In this document: in pieces, positions 1 to 12,330 of the stretch
Layout: each line of letters opens with the position of its first letter
Numbering within the stretch: position 1 is the stretch's first letter
From: Psilocybe cubensis
Taxonomy: Eukaryota
NCBI GenBank assembly: GCA_017499595.2
Contig: CM038999.1
Coordinates: 1,984,001 to 2,048,000 of the forward strand
Length of the DNA: 64,000 nucleotides
Direction of reading: 5' to 3'
Notes under the pieces: generated by a model
Database searches by the model: none
What the model was told of the DNA's origin: nothing
What the model saw: only the letters and a program-made list of their open reading frames with translations
Made by a program: the position numbers and the translations under genes

Positions 1-2739
1 AAGTGCTTATCTAAAGCAGACCTCGACGAGGAAGCTTTAGCTATTCAAATGTCCGAGGTGCGAATCAGTCTGTCTTTCGTGTCCAAAAACAATCTCATTC
101 TTGGTCTCTTTTCCCAGGTCACAATTCACCAGTCTTTGCATCTTCATCCAAATATCGTCACTCTTCATCGTACTCTGGAAACTTCTGCCTTTTTGCTTCT
201 TCTCCTCGAATACGTTCCTGGTCAAGACCTTTTTTATTTCCTCGAACAAGCCCGGGACCATCATGAGATGGATAACGCTTCCCACACCGACTCTTCAGTC
301 TCTGCTTCTCATACTCCTCCGACTCCTAGCTTGCTTTCAAATTTGCACCCCTCTCAGTTGCTCTCTCGTACCCGTCTACGTCTTATTTCGTCCATGTTCA
401 GCCAGATGTGTGATGCTGTTGCCGCCTGTCACGCTCAACAGGTCTTCCATCGTGATATCAAACCGGAGAACTTTATCGTCACCGATGGCACATTCACCGC
501 CCCCGATGGCCGTTTCGAACGCAAGGTTATCGTCAAGCTCACTGATTTTGGCCTCTCCACCACTGACCTAGAATCGGCCGATATGGATTGCGGTAGCGCC
601 CCTTATATGAGCTATGGTAAAATCTTTTTTTTTTTTTCATCCCAAGCTATTTCGGTTAATCTTCTTTTCATATTTAGAGTGTAGGAACAATGTTGCCCCT
701 ACTTATCGTCCTCGTGCTGCCGATGTTTGGTCTTTGGGCATCGTCCTCATCAATATGTACGCTCTCTCTCTCTCTCTTATTTTGGCATTGGTAAATAGTT
801 GACTGTAAAAAATTTTAAAAAAATCCAGGCTGTACCATTTCAACCCTTGGACCGATACTGCCCAAGGCGCTTGTTCTTCTTTTGATCTCTATCTCAAGGA
901 TCCTGTCAACTTTTTCATGCAGCGGTTCATGGGCATGACCAGGCCCGTCGCAGAGGTTCTTGCGAACAAGGTTTTTTGCATCCTTCCAGATCCCCAGGAT
1001 GATTCTCCTCGCATGACTGCTGCTGAATTTGGTGCATGGTCCAAGAATCTACCCAACCTTCTTGGAGCACATGCCGTTCACCGCACAGTATCCAACAGCT
1101 CCCAGGGTCACCGTATCTCACTGTCTCTGCCCATGTCTCACCGCCCATCGTCAAGGCAGGCATCAGGTTGCACTACTGCTGCTCGCACTCCAGCCATCCC
1201 CGCCCGTTCTCTCTCCCGTGCTCCGTCCTTGGGACCGGCCTTTGAGAGAGTAGAGCTATCAACCGTCATTGATCAAGATAATGAAGATGAAGATGCTGAT
1301 GGAGAAATTGACATTGAGGGTATGACATCTCGATCTACGTCCACTAACAAGCGGCGCAAGCGAGGCGCTCGCAAAGGTAAAGGTGCTAATGTCGTCACGA
1401 GCACTCCGACGCCACAAGATAGTACTCTGGCCACCCTTGCCGTCGCATCGCAGTCGCTTGCAAGAGAGATTAGCAAGGCATCCCGCTCATCCTCTCACCG
1501 CTCTGCCTCGATCACGGCCTCTTCATCTCGTTCCACCAGGATGAACTTTGAACCTGTGTCGATGTATGCTATGCCTACTGCCCTCATCACCAATACGCCT
1601 CGAACTCCTAGCACATCCACTGCAGCCGTAACAGCTGCCCCGCCTGTTGTTCCATCCCCTGTGACCAAGAAACCATCCAAGTGGAAACTCAGTTTCGGCA
1701 AAAGCAGTGCTTCCTCCCTTGCCAACGCTGCCGGCGCCGGACGTGTGTCTCCAGTGGAAGAAGTGTCGCCTCCTCCTTCTTTGGATCTATCCCCGTCTCA
1801 GGCCATGGCCACTACTGCAAGCAATGTGACCAGTCTCCTCATGGGCTTGAACGCGCCTCCACCCAACCCTGCACCCGCTGTTGCCCCGGTCAACAAGCTC
1901 GACAACGACGCGTCCTCAACCTGGAGTCGAGGTCGTCGTGCCCGGGACATGCAGAACCCTACTACTGCAAAGAACCCCAGCAAGTCGCCTGGACGCGCTA
2001 TAACCACCTCTGCCAATCACTATACTCCCTCCAACTTGTCATCCGAGCCCTGGACGTTCCACGATCATCGCCCTTCGGAACGTGCGGTGTCTCCGAACAG
2101 CACGCGTAGTGGCCGCCCTGTCATGTCGAGCGCGAGCTCCGTTGTGTCATCCAACTGGCGCAGCTCGATGAGTACCTCTTCAAGCGCAGGTACTTCAACT
2201 TCTGCCTTTACCCGGTACAGCAATTCGAGCGCCAGAAGCATCTCGACGACAGCTACTAGCGTATCCTCTGCTAGCTGGCGCACGAGCGTCAAACCTTCTT
2301 CCACTTATTCTTCTTCAACGGGATATGCCCACGGTCACTTGCCCAAGAATATCAAGAGTGAGTTGTTTTGTTTGTTGTACTCGAGGTTCGGCGCTGACCA
2401 TAATGTACATTGACAGTTATGGACGGTGTGCCTTGGGAACTTGATCAGCTGCCTCGTGGTCAACATCCTAATCCTGTTGGGGACATATTTGGTTCGCCTC
2501 CTGTGCGTAAACAAAGGACCCGGAAACCCAAGGATCTCAAGCTCGATACCATCACGGAGCGTCCTGTAGTCCCGGCGACTTCTGTCCAAAAGTCGCCTGG
2601 GATGCGCCGGGATGCTTCCACGAGCACCACCGATCTTAGCGGCCCTGCCGGCGGGAAGGAAGATGTGGAAGGTGTCAAGAAAGTTCAAAAGGGTCAGATC
2701 AACGCGTTGGCAAAGATGCTCTCTGCTCTTCGTCGATGA
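1..2739 (+). CDS. Ser/Thr protein kinase, Ran1/Ksp1-like, with a long Ser-rich C-terminal tail; 5' end lies outside the window; spliced
   Basis: Frame 1 reads KCLSKADLDEEALAIQMSE, then intron 58-117, then HPNIV, HRDIKPEN, KLTDFG, CGSAPYMSYEC and ADVWSLG kinase motifs. Exon ORFs 917-2413 and 2410-2739 complete the gene; stop at 2737-2739. Confidence 0.9.
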
Positions 2740-3377
2740 GTTCAAAAGGCCTCGTTTTGTGTCTTTTTTGTTGTTTCTTTTAGCTCGCTACATACACACC
2801 CCTTGATGCGCTCGTGCTTTCAGGGCACGGTTAATGAACGGACTTTATGGCTACATTCTTCGATTTTCTGTGTGCGGGCTTTTTTCCATCCACCCCTGTC
2901 TCTCTCTCTCTCTCAATTTTCCCTCTGTTCATTTTGGGGGCAAAAACGCACAGCAAATCAGGGGGGAATGGTCAAATTTATCCAATTTTACTTTGTATTG
3001 GTACGGTAGTTATATTTCACGGTGCGCACAGTCAAACTTTTTTTTGTCTTTTACACAAATGATTTGCGAGCTCCTTTTGCGCCAATCAGTTTGTTTTCTG
3101 TCAATCCGCCGTATAATCTGACTCGATAGTTGGGGGTTCGATAGTTGGACCCTTTGTAGTATCTTTTCTCAGGCTTCATGGCCGTCAATCTCACATAAGA
3201 CGTCGTTCTTTGCAATTCATTCATTGATAGTGGTACTTGTATTTAATATTCCCTTCAGTCATTATGTTTCTCCGTTTTTCTTTCATTATTCTCTCTCTAC
3301 TCACAATAACCCGAATCCAATCCCCACAAACGTCCCCTCATTGTGCACATAGTTTAGACAAATATGAAATGCTTTTT

Positions 3378-4556
3378 TTATATTCGTCTGTTGGATCGTT
3401 CTATTGAACTGGATGAAGTAAAAAATGTAGTAGCAGTACTAGTAGTAGCTATTCTGTAGTCCTGATGTTGTTGAAGGGCAGCAAACGCCATATTCTGCTC
3501 GATTGTAGGTCGTTGAGGTGGTTCCTGCGATGCAGCACCCGGTTCAAGTAAGACAGCCGTTGGTTCAGGGAGAGCAGGTCGTAGGAGTGGTTGTCGTGTC
3601 ATAGTGGGTGAAGAAGGAGCCGAGGGGCCACTGTCCATCTCTAGATCGTCGCCGCTGTCCGAGGAATTGCCAGGAGAGTCGCTTCCAGCAATATAAAACG
3701 TGCCAGCACTGTGAGTCCGTACGAGATTGACATAGTACTCCTGCAGTATTTCACGGGTGCACTGCCAAAGAAAAAAAAAAGCAAAGGGGAAAAGGGGCAA
3801 TTACTACCGTGAGGACAATCATTTCAGAATTATTTTTCAACACTGCGAGCTGTGTCTGACGGCACAAGAAGGGGTACGGGGAAATGAAGTGTCAGAAAAA
3901 ATAAAAGAAAATTGCTGACCATGAGTCGCCAATCGATCATTGAGAGAAACTCTCTTTCTAGAACGTTAAGTTCTGTTACGGGTATCCCACCGACTTTAGC
4001 ATAGAGATTGTTGGGACAGAATGCGTCGCAGAGGCCTTTGCTGGAGACGGCGATGGACGTGATGACGAAACGATGACATGTTAAGGATGATAGCGTGAAT
4101 AGTGGCATCCGGGCGCAGGCTTGATCAATGTTGAATAAAGTGATGAGAAGACATGATTTCTTTGATCCCATCTTATCAACATGGGCCGATGAATGGTAAT
4201 GGCGGTCAAAAATTCACCTCGACGTTTGTAAATCTCACTATTCGTTTCAGATAGTCGAGAACGCTGATACTGGGCGCCGTTCTCGAATGAAATCGAGTCA
4301 AAGATTCACTGAGTAAAACTTGTAGAAGCACAAAACTATTTTCCTCAAGTGTCTGAAGACTTACGGCGATAGAGGTATACGATCGTTATGAGCCATTAAA
4401 CGCTCAAGCATATCCGCTGTCAAGAGATTAAAATTTAGCTGAGCTATCGATTGCGACAACAAAAAAATAAATACCAATCAGTTGAACAAGATGCTCTATG
4501 GGAGCCTCATTAAAATCGCCTGGGATCTCGACCCTTGCTGTGCCAGAGGATTCCAT
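3378..4556 (-). CDS. Pho80/PREG-type cyclin (Pho85 cyclin family); start codon tentative
   Basis: Spliced translation: MESSGTARVEIP..HLVQLI / ADMLERLMAHNDRIP / LTRFHSRTAPSISVLDYLKRIV / HRFVITSIAVSSKGLCDAFCPNNLYAKVGGIPVTELNVLEREFL, the cyclin-box signature of the Pho80 family. Confidence 0.85.
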
Positions 4557-4793
4557 GAATCCATTGCACAACGGAACCGTCCTTGGCGTCTCGATGTTGC
4601 TGCTGGCACAGGTAGGTTAGTGCGTGAAGCGGTTAAAGCTGCAGCCTAACAAGTACAAATAACAGGTTTGAAGACTGGTGACATTGCTGTACAGTTGAGG
4701 ATCGGAGTTTGAACCTTAATTTTCGTGGAGGGTCCCATTGTAGTGTGGTCGTCGGTCTCCAAGGTCGTCCAGCCCGTTCACCTCACATCAAAA

Positions 4794-5464
4794 ATGGCCC
4801 CCAAGCTCGTAATCATCGTATTCTTTATATTTTCCGTATTCGCTACTTAGCTCTTTCCTGACAGGACCCCAATGAAATAAAAATCATCTATCTCCGTGCC
4901 ACTGGAGGTGAAGTCGGTGCCTCATCCGCCCTGGCCCCCAAGATTGGTCCTCTTGGTCTGGTACGCCTCTTAAACACTTGAGTGTTGCGGTTTTATATTC
5001 ATATTTTCCGTCATAGTCACCGAAAAAGGTCGGTGAAGATATCGCCAAAGCTACCTCTGCTTGGAAAGGTCTACGGGTCACTGTTCAACTCACCATCCAA
5101 AACCGACAAGCTGCTGTTTCCGTTGTTCCCTCCGCCTCTTCTCTTGTCATCCGTGCCCTCAAAGGTTCGAACATCTCCCTGCTATAATATCCTGGACTAA
5201 GCCCTTCAATTCTTATCACTATTAGAGCCCCCACGTGATCGCAAGAAGGAAAAGAATATCAAGCACTCTGGTAACATTCCCCTCGATGAAATCATCGAGA
5301 TTGCTCGCATCATGAAGGAGAAGTCGCTTGCCAAGGAACTGTCGGGTTGTGTGAAGGAGATTCTCGGTACTGCTCAGAGCATTGGATGCACTATTGACGG
5401 ACAACCTCCCCACGATATCATCGACGGCATCAACTCTGGAGACGTCGAGATCCCTGAAGCTTAG
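4794..5464 (+). CDS. RPL12: 60S ribosomal protein L12 (uL11), 4 exons
   Basis: Spliced translation: [112 protein letters not shown]; stop TAG at 5462-5464. Confidence 0.97.
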
Positions 5465-5759
5465 GTCTTCATGTGCTATACATCCATTTTACCACATTCT
5501 CCCTTTTTTTTTTTTGAAAAGACATGAGCCAAAATCACTCCATGAAACTTGGAATAAGACTTGTGAATTGTGATTCAGCAGAGAGGCAATTGTTCGGAGT
5601 TGGTTTGAGGATTTGGCAAAATTGTAGCCGAATGTTTGCCGAAAGGCTCTGTTCCTTTCCGCCAAGATGCCGAAGAGGATGCCTAACCCTTGCCTAACGG
5701 GCCAGGTCATTATTACGCGCACACAGTTCAACGCTCTGACATCATAAGTAACACTTGAT

Positions 5760-6750
5760 ATGTTATTCCGAATTATTGCGCCCAGTGTCTCCCTTCCGAA
5801 GCAAGCTCATCGGCTATATTTCAGGCAAAGCTATTCTACTGTTAAATCTTCGACCAAACGGCTCTTTCCAAGTAGTGCCTTTTTGGGAGGTTTTCTGGGA
5901 GGCTTTGTGGGCATAGGTTCCATCGCTTTGGCAGGTGCCCCTAGACTTTGTCGTGGATATATATGCATTTTTAAATTGCTTACTACTATGTAGGATATGC
6001 GTATTATCATTTTTCTGGTGCAAAAGTTGCGGTGGATAGAGTCAAACCGGCCATGGCATTGCTTGGACAGTCGCGGGAGTGTCTCACTAGAGATGCTCAA
6101 GAACAAGCTGTACGATACCTTCGAGAGGCAGCAAAGGCCTATGTTGCCTCTATTCCCTTTGCAGGCGTGATTCTCGACAAGATATTTGATGCCATTGGTG
6201 ATTTGGTTCTTCCTCATTCCGAGGAAGCCACTGCTATCATATGGAAAGCGTATGACGATATCTCGGCTATTTTACAAGAAGAAGGAAACGAACATAGGGA
6301 CAATGGCGCACAGCGTATCATCTCAGTCGCTGGCCGTCTATTGAAAGAGCTAACATCCCTAGGTCTCAAAGCTGGTCAATCAATATCTGATCGACTGGAA
6401 CTCGAAAGGAGGGCTGGAGATGCGATAGGACATGCAAATATTGTCTGCAAAAGCGCAGAATCTAGCGCTTTGGCCGTGACCGAGAAACTAAGTGTTGAAA
6501 AAAAGGTTGACAATGTAAAGATGCAAGCAAGTACCGCATACGAAGCGGTGAAATCTGGCACCTCGTTCATTGGTAGCAAAATTAAAGACAAGGTATTCAT
6601 TCATTTATATTAATACTCCTTTATTATATTGGCAATGGGCGTTTAGGCGACAGGTTTCATAGAATCCCATTCAAGGCCACATTCAGTACCCGATAGCAAC
6701 CTATCACAAACAGTGTCCCAGGATTCTGTACAAAAGCCTGATATTGAATG
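5760..6750 (+). CDS. Hypothetical protein with a mitochondrial-presequence-like N-terminus, one Gly-rich TM segment and a helical body (3 exons)
   Basis: The N-terminus MLFRIIAPSVSLPKQAHRLYFRQSYS is Arg/Ser-rich and acid-free, followed by TM FLGGFLGGFVGIGSIALAG. Introns at 5934-5993 and 6593-6646; the last exon ATGFIESH..KPDIE* ends at 6750. Confidence 0.7.
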
Positions 6751-6831
6751 AGAGGGGAGGTTCTGAGATTATGTTCTCTTATGGGTTGCACATTTGTAAT
6801 ACAGTTGTATAAGTATTCCACCAGAGAGACC

Positions 6832-9208
6832 TTATGAAGACATGCCGTGGCTACTTGCCCATACCCTCCCGGATAGACCCAAAGTACCTCCACGACGACA
6901 GACTTCTTCTAAATCACTGATCTTTATATCAGAGCCCATCGCACCCTGAACCTCTACTGATACGCCGCGAGGTTTGGTCTCATCCTGCGCTACGGTTATT
7001 TCCACCAAACCGGAAATTGGGAGCCTCCCTGGAGAAGTCATCAAAATCTTGGGACCCGATACAGGTGCAAAACTGAGCTCTGCAGGTCCAAATAGATTAT
7101 CAGTGGCCGGCATCCCGGTCGGTAAGAATACATTGACGGGAATTTTGTGAGGCATATTTGTTCCTAAGTCTGAGGTCAGAAGATCCTATATCTGCAATTC
7201 GATGTGGGGAGTACCTGATAGGACAGCTTCCAGCTCCTCCTCCGTTGCTGTAGATGAATCGACAACATCTTCTTCCTCAGACTTTAACCCTTCCGGCATC
7301 CAATGACAACCCAAAAGAACTTCATTAAGCCAACATTGTTCTCTCACAACCTGTTAAACAATGTTTGTAAAGCTCTAATCAAAACTTTAATATGAAACTT
7401 GCCTCCAGGATCCCCCAAACTTCCTTCATATTACGCACCAGTATACGTTCGAGAATGAATCCAGGTTCTTCAGGTGCAGTGAGCCGAAGTTGAAGAGGTG
7501 GATGCAAATTATTTGGAGATTTCTGCCATCACAAAAATATATTTGATTGAACGCATCAGGTCTGGCCAAAAAAACGTACGAATGACGCAGTGTATCGTTC
7601 TGGGGATACATGAGTTCCAGTGTTAAGCTGTATTACGCGTTTCATCTTATCTTCAGTCGACTCTTTCATATGAAACGAACGACATACCAGAATGTCAATC
7701 CAACTTCCTGTACCAAACGATAGCATAACATTTACATTATTTATACCATCTGACCCCCTCATCGGATTGACCACTAGCTCAATTGCTCTTAATCTTGATT
7801 GACTCATTACAACCCCTGGTCGCTTGCCGCGTTCCGTAAAGTCCAGCACCCACGAATATGGTCCAGATGCTTGGCTGTTTTCTTGAGACTCGACACCAGC
7901 ATTGAAGTGATCAACCTGTACAAAAGCGTGATCCAGTTGGACAGAGGTTGGAGAAAGTGGAAAGGTGGGCCTAATCGTCATATCCAACATAAGTATTGAC
8001 TGGGAGTACAGGTGGGCATCTGACAGTTGTTCGAGATACAATGTGGCTATTGTGACACCTTTTCCAAAAACATCGAGATGAGACTTGATATCAGAAAGGC
8101 TGACATCAAGAGGAGGATAATTTAAGGGATCAGGCTGGTTTGATGCTTTGCGGATGAGAGAGAGATAGGCCGCGGGAGATAGATACGTTAAGAAAGAGAT
8201 AGAGGGCATAGTGAGATACGGAAGGGGTAATGAATGAGAACGGATGAGGAAAATGTCCAGAGGGGCTTTGGGCATTGATAACGACCTACAGGCAATTTTT
8301 AAATTCAGTCTGTTGATAGCTAACGAAGCTCTTACGCTGAGATGGCTTCGGCTTCGGTGGTAGCTACGCTGAACAGGGTGGGACAAAGCTCGTCCATGTC
8401 GGTAAACCAACGAACACCCCCGTCGTTCCGACTAGCCAATCGGTCCAACAACACAAGATACCTAAGGTTGTTCAACACACTCCTTCGAAGGGTGGCAGCG
8501 TACAATGTGTTCCTAGTGGTTTCACTTTTCTGCATTTCTACGCAGTACTTCTCGATGCTGTCTGTTAGAAAAGTGTCGAGCATTGTGAACGTGATAGTGT
8601 TCGGACTGCCAGCAAGAAGCGCATTCGATGTTTTGACCCCTGCGACTGTGATAATTGGCTTGAACGGATTTTCGTGCTTGATCGAAAAGTCGACATCGAT
8701 GAGCAGCACTTTTCCTGCCAGCATAACAGTATAACCTCCTTCCTTGTTTTCAGTGAATGTTTCCATTCCAATGGCCTTACCCCAGATAGCAAGCTGCTCG
8801 ATGCACCACTGGGGAAAAGAGGCTTCAAGTAGTGGGACATTTTCGCCGTAAAGTACGTCTGGACGTTTGGAAAGCGAGTCAATGAGATGCCGGACATTCC
8901 TCGCTGACTAGTGCCATGTGAGTTGAGAAATTCTTGTATGAGGAAAGCTAGCTGACAGAGTAGGATGTATGTTCAATAGATGTATGCTGGCGCAGCAGAG
9001 AAGTTAATTTCGCATTCGACCATTGAGTGGAGCTCCCATAGGCCTGCAGTGAATGGGACACCTGTTCAGTGACGTTGAGTAGCTCTTGTAACGATGTGCA
9101 TGCTTTGGGAGTAGAGGTGGCAAAAGGGTGGATCGCGTCTCTTGGAAATACATCTTCCTCTTGGAAGAATTCCAGTGACGACAGTAATGTTTGGATTTCT
9201 ACTTGCAT
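6832..9208 (-). CDS. MED1: Probable Mediator subunit Med1
   Basis: Spliced ORFs contain TVMLAGKVLLIDVDF and WGILEVVREQCWLNEVLL, which resemble conserved fungal Med1 blocks. The last exon ends LEEVCRRGGTLGLSGRVW..*; one GC-AG intron. Confidence 0.65.
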
Positions 9209-9279
9209 GTAGAACGAAACGAATGCCGTCTTTTATTATTTCTACACTAAAATGTCTAATAATATTTGGCTGGCTAATC

Positions 9280-11961
9280 TCATCTAAACAAAGGTCCCGA
9301 AGGGCGCCCATAATCTCCAGATTGGAAAAGCCCGGCATTTCCAAGCACAGACGCATCACTCTGATACTTGCTCGGAGGAGGATCTTGTATTGGTGGACCT
9401 TGTCGTGATGCAGTTGGATCACCTCGTGGCATCAGAACTGGTTGGATTGGCATGGTGTACCGAATTTCAAGTTCCTCCAGTATAGTTTTCAAATTTCGCA
9501 TGAATGCTGTTCTTCGAGTCCATCGGCCTCCCCAGTCCTGCCAGTTCGGTCGGTCTACAGATAATGTCAATGGTATTGACACAGACAGCTGCAATTAAAC
9601 AAACATACGTTCCATGCTCACATTGAGGTAAATGGCGTTTTGATATTGCATTTTGTCAATGTTCAATGCACAATCTGACCACTCTCGACTGTTTGCATTC
9701 ATATAGGCAATTATCTTTAATCGCAGTTGTTCGATAGCTTCCATTGGGGTGTCGTATGAAACCATCAACTGTGTTGTTTCCCACCTTCATAGCCCATGGT
9801 CAGCATTCCACAATGGTATATATTACTCTGGCAAACGCACATGGATTTGCTACGTCGCAAGTTGTGTACAAGTTTTGTGCTCGATAACAGTGAATTCGGA
9901 GCAATAACTTCTTGACCATCCACACGGCGGAAAGTCGTTGAAAACAGTCCAAACTCCTTCACGAATAAAACCTGCAATTGGAAGATGTTTACATGGTTGC
10001 TGCAAACGAGTTAAACGAAACACTTACTTGATCATCTATCATCACGAGATCTCCAACATCGAAGACGTGAGTAGAAAAAATGAAAATCAACTGTTCGGAT
10101 ACGTCAACATTAGCCAACCACATAGAGATAAAAATTACAGACAGATTCAAATAGTGTCTGAGCAGAATGCCCAAAGACAAAGGAAAATCCTAGAACAACT
10201 GTGGCCAACGGCACAAGAGAGGCGAGGGTGTTGGAACGATTGAAAATAAGGAGAAAGATGAAGACTATAAGGATGAGTGCAACACATAGAAGTACAGCAT
10301 CGAGCTTGGCAACTATCGAACCAACATCCTAAATACCCTGTTAGCATCCACATATATTGATAAGGACAAGTAGCACCTTCAGTCCAGATATCAAAGCTTT
10401 GCGTTCTCGATAAATACGCTGAACGGCCTCACGCATCTCACGCTTAGATATGTCCCCATTTCCATCTTTATCAAACAGAGCGAAAGCTTCATGCTGTATG
10501 GTAGATTTTTGAGAAAAGGAAGTGACTACAAATATTCCTTGTCACTTACAGCCTCTGCAGTGGAATGGAAGTAGGGATAAAAGTCTGCAACGAAAACGAT
10601 GAACACGTGCGGAGAAGTTCAGTAAAATATAAGTAACCTTCAACGACAAGATGAGACCGTGGCGGATTGACATCACTCAGGGCCGCAAACAATTTTCGCG
10701 CCAGTCTCCTAGCAGAATGAAGTCCACCGTAACCGCCCTTGCGGTTGAACTTGGAATTTTTGAGAGCCACTTGTCCAATTGCTTCGCCGACCTGATTAAC
10801 GCTATGAATACCATATTCAATAGGGTGTGTTAAACATACTTGGTCAACAATAACACTAGTCATCTTTTTCTTTCTTTTAGGTGTTTTTGCCTTGGTAGAA
10901 ATCTTCGAGTCCACGAAAGAGCTGTTTTCTTTGCTAACAATGGGGGAAGTTTCATTGCTGGAGGACGTTGTATTCGCTGCGCGATATGTCGTGCCATCAA
11001 ATGTTGCTGTGGAGCCTGTTGCTTTGTGGGAGCGTTTGTTATACGCAGCTTTTTTCGCAGAGTACGGGTGAACATTAGATAGATAATCTAACGCTTTCAG
11101 ACCAAGTTGATTTTCTGCCAAACGATCAGCAAGAGCCTTTTGGTGGAAGTTGATGGCTACAAATTGTAGGAAAAGTTTTTCAACAAAGATAATGATCCCT
11201 GCAGAAAAAAAAGCCTTGCATGGCCAAGTTAAACGCCAGACACATGAGATCGATGTACCATACCTGCATCAAACGGTTGACGATTGTCCAATAGGCTCCA
11301 AATGGATTGTATAAAGTGCGAATGACAGACAATGCTATCCAAGCCCATGCAATGTCTAACGCCAGTTTCAACCAAGCCTTTACGGCCAGAACAAGCTGGA
11401 ATTATCTATGAGTTGGCAAAGCGTCCACAAATATTGAAAACCTACCTCTACTTGGATTTTCAGGCGTTCTGTTTGTCCTCCGAATAGGCCAGCAAGGGCA
11501 ATGACAATACCAGGGACCATATCCACCAAGAGATACGTGCCACAGCTAGCAGCCCATGTAACAGAAAACCATAACGACCAAACATGGACTTGGGTTTTTA
11601 TAAGACTATCCTGGAAGCGCACATTTACGACGACGAGCGGAGTGATCAGAACTGCGACACCAATGATTCCAATGATAAAAACCCTCATAGGCCTAGCAAG
11701 CTTCATGAATGCCAGCCACATGCGTCTGCCTCTTTTCGACCGAATAGGTTCGGTATTTCCATCGTTCTGCGATTGCTCTTCCTCTGACCAATTGAATCCA
11801 TCTGATACATTTGTTGCTGTACTTTCTGAACCAGAGGAATCTGCTTGCTCCTGGAAAGATGTGCGATTCTCGATGAAGGTATGTGCCGTTGCCTTGATAT
11901 AGTTCCGCTGCTTCGGTGGTGGCATATTTGTTTGTTCACCGTCATGATAATCCATGGGCAT
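9280..11961 (-). CDS. MscS-like mechanosensitive channel with EF-hand (Msy1/Msy2-like); start approximate
   Basis: N-terminal TM helices, EF-hand FDKDGNGDISKREM, and MscS core LIFIFSTHVFDVGDLVMID / LFVKEFGLFSTTFRRVDGQEVIAPNSLL..HNLRRS / RPNWQDWGGRWTRRTAFM. Confidence 0.92.
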
Positions 11962-12163
11962 ATTTTCCTGCACCTAAGCTGAATGGAATAGGCTCCAGGC
12001 TTTCAAAAGTTACAATGTGAAAGAGTGGGAATAAAAGGCGAAGAACGTATTTGGTAACGGTTGACCCTCTCGAATCTTAATTATTTACATTTTAGGAGGG
12101 GCGTGTTAATGAACAAGCGGTGCGATTAAGTGATCGAGGGAACTAGCACATTGGCAATGACCC

Positions 12164-12173
12164 ATGACGTCAT
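12164..12173. promoter_or_regulatory. Perfect CRE (ATF/CREB-type bZIP) palindrome ATGACGTCAT upstream of the MscS-like gene
   Basis: Exact 10-bp palindrome about 200 bp upstream of the putative MscS ATG. Confidence 0.45.
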
Positions 12174-12330
12174 CGGGAACCCCGATTTTTTTCCATGGCT
12201 CATAGTTTATCCGTTTTCTCATCGCAGTTGAGAACTACTGGGATACACGGCTACCACAAATAAGAATACAAAGGTATTTTACATGTGCATATAATAAATA
12301 GATTAATTGACGATAAAGAAAGAAAAGATT

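Noticed and set aside
3123..3147. Direct repeat TCGATAGTTGG x2 in the kinase/cyclin 3' spacer
   Set aside because: Only two short copies; most likely a local micro-duplication.
6657..6893. 78-aa minus-strand ORF as a Med1 extension
   Set aside because: Med1 ends at 6832 in another frame, and this ORF is antisense to the last exon of the 5760-6750 gene.
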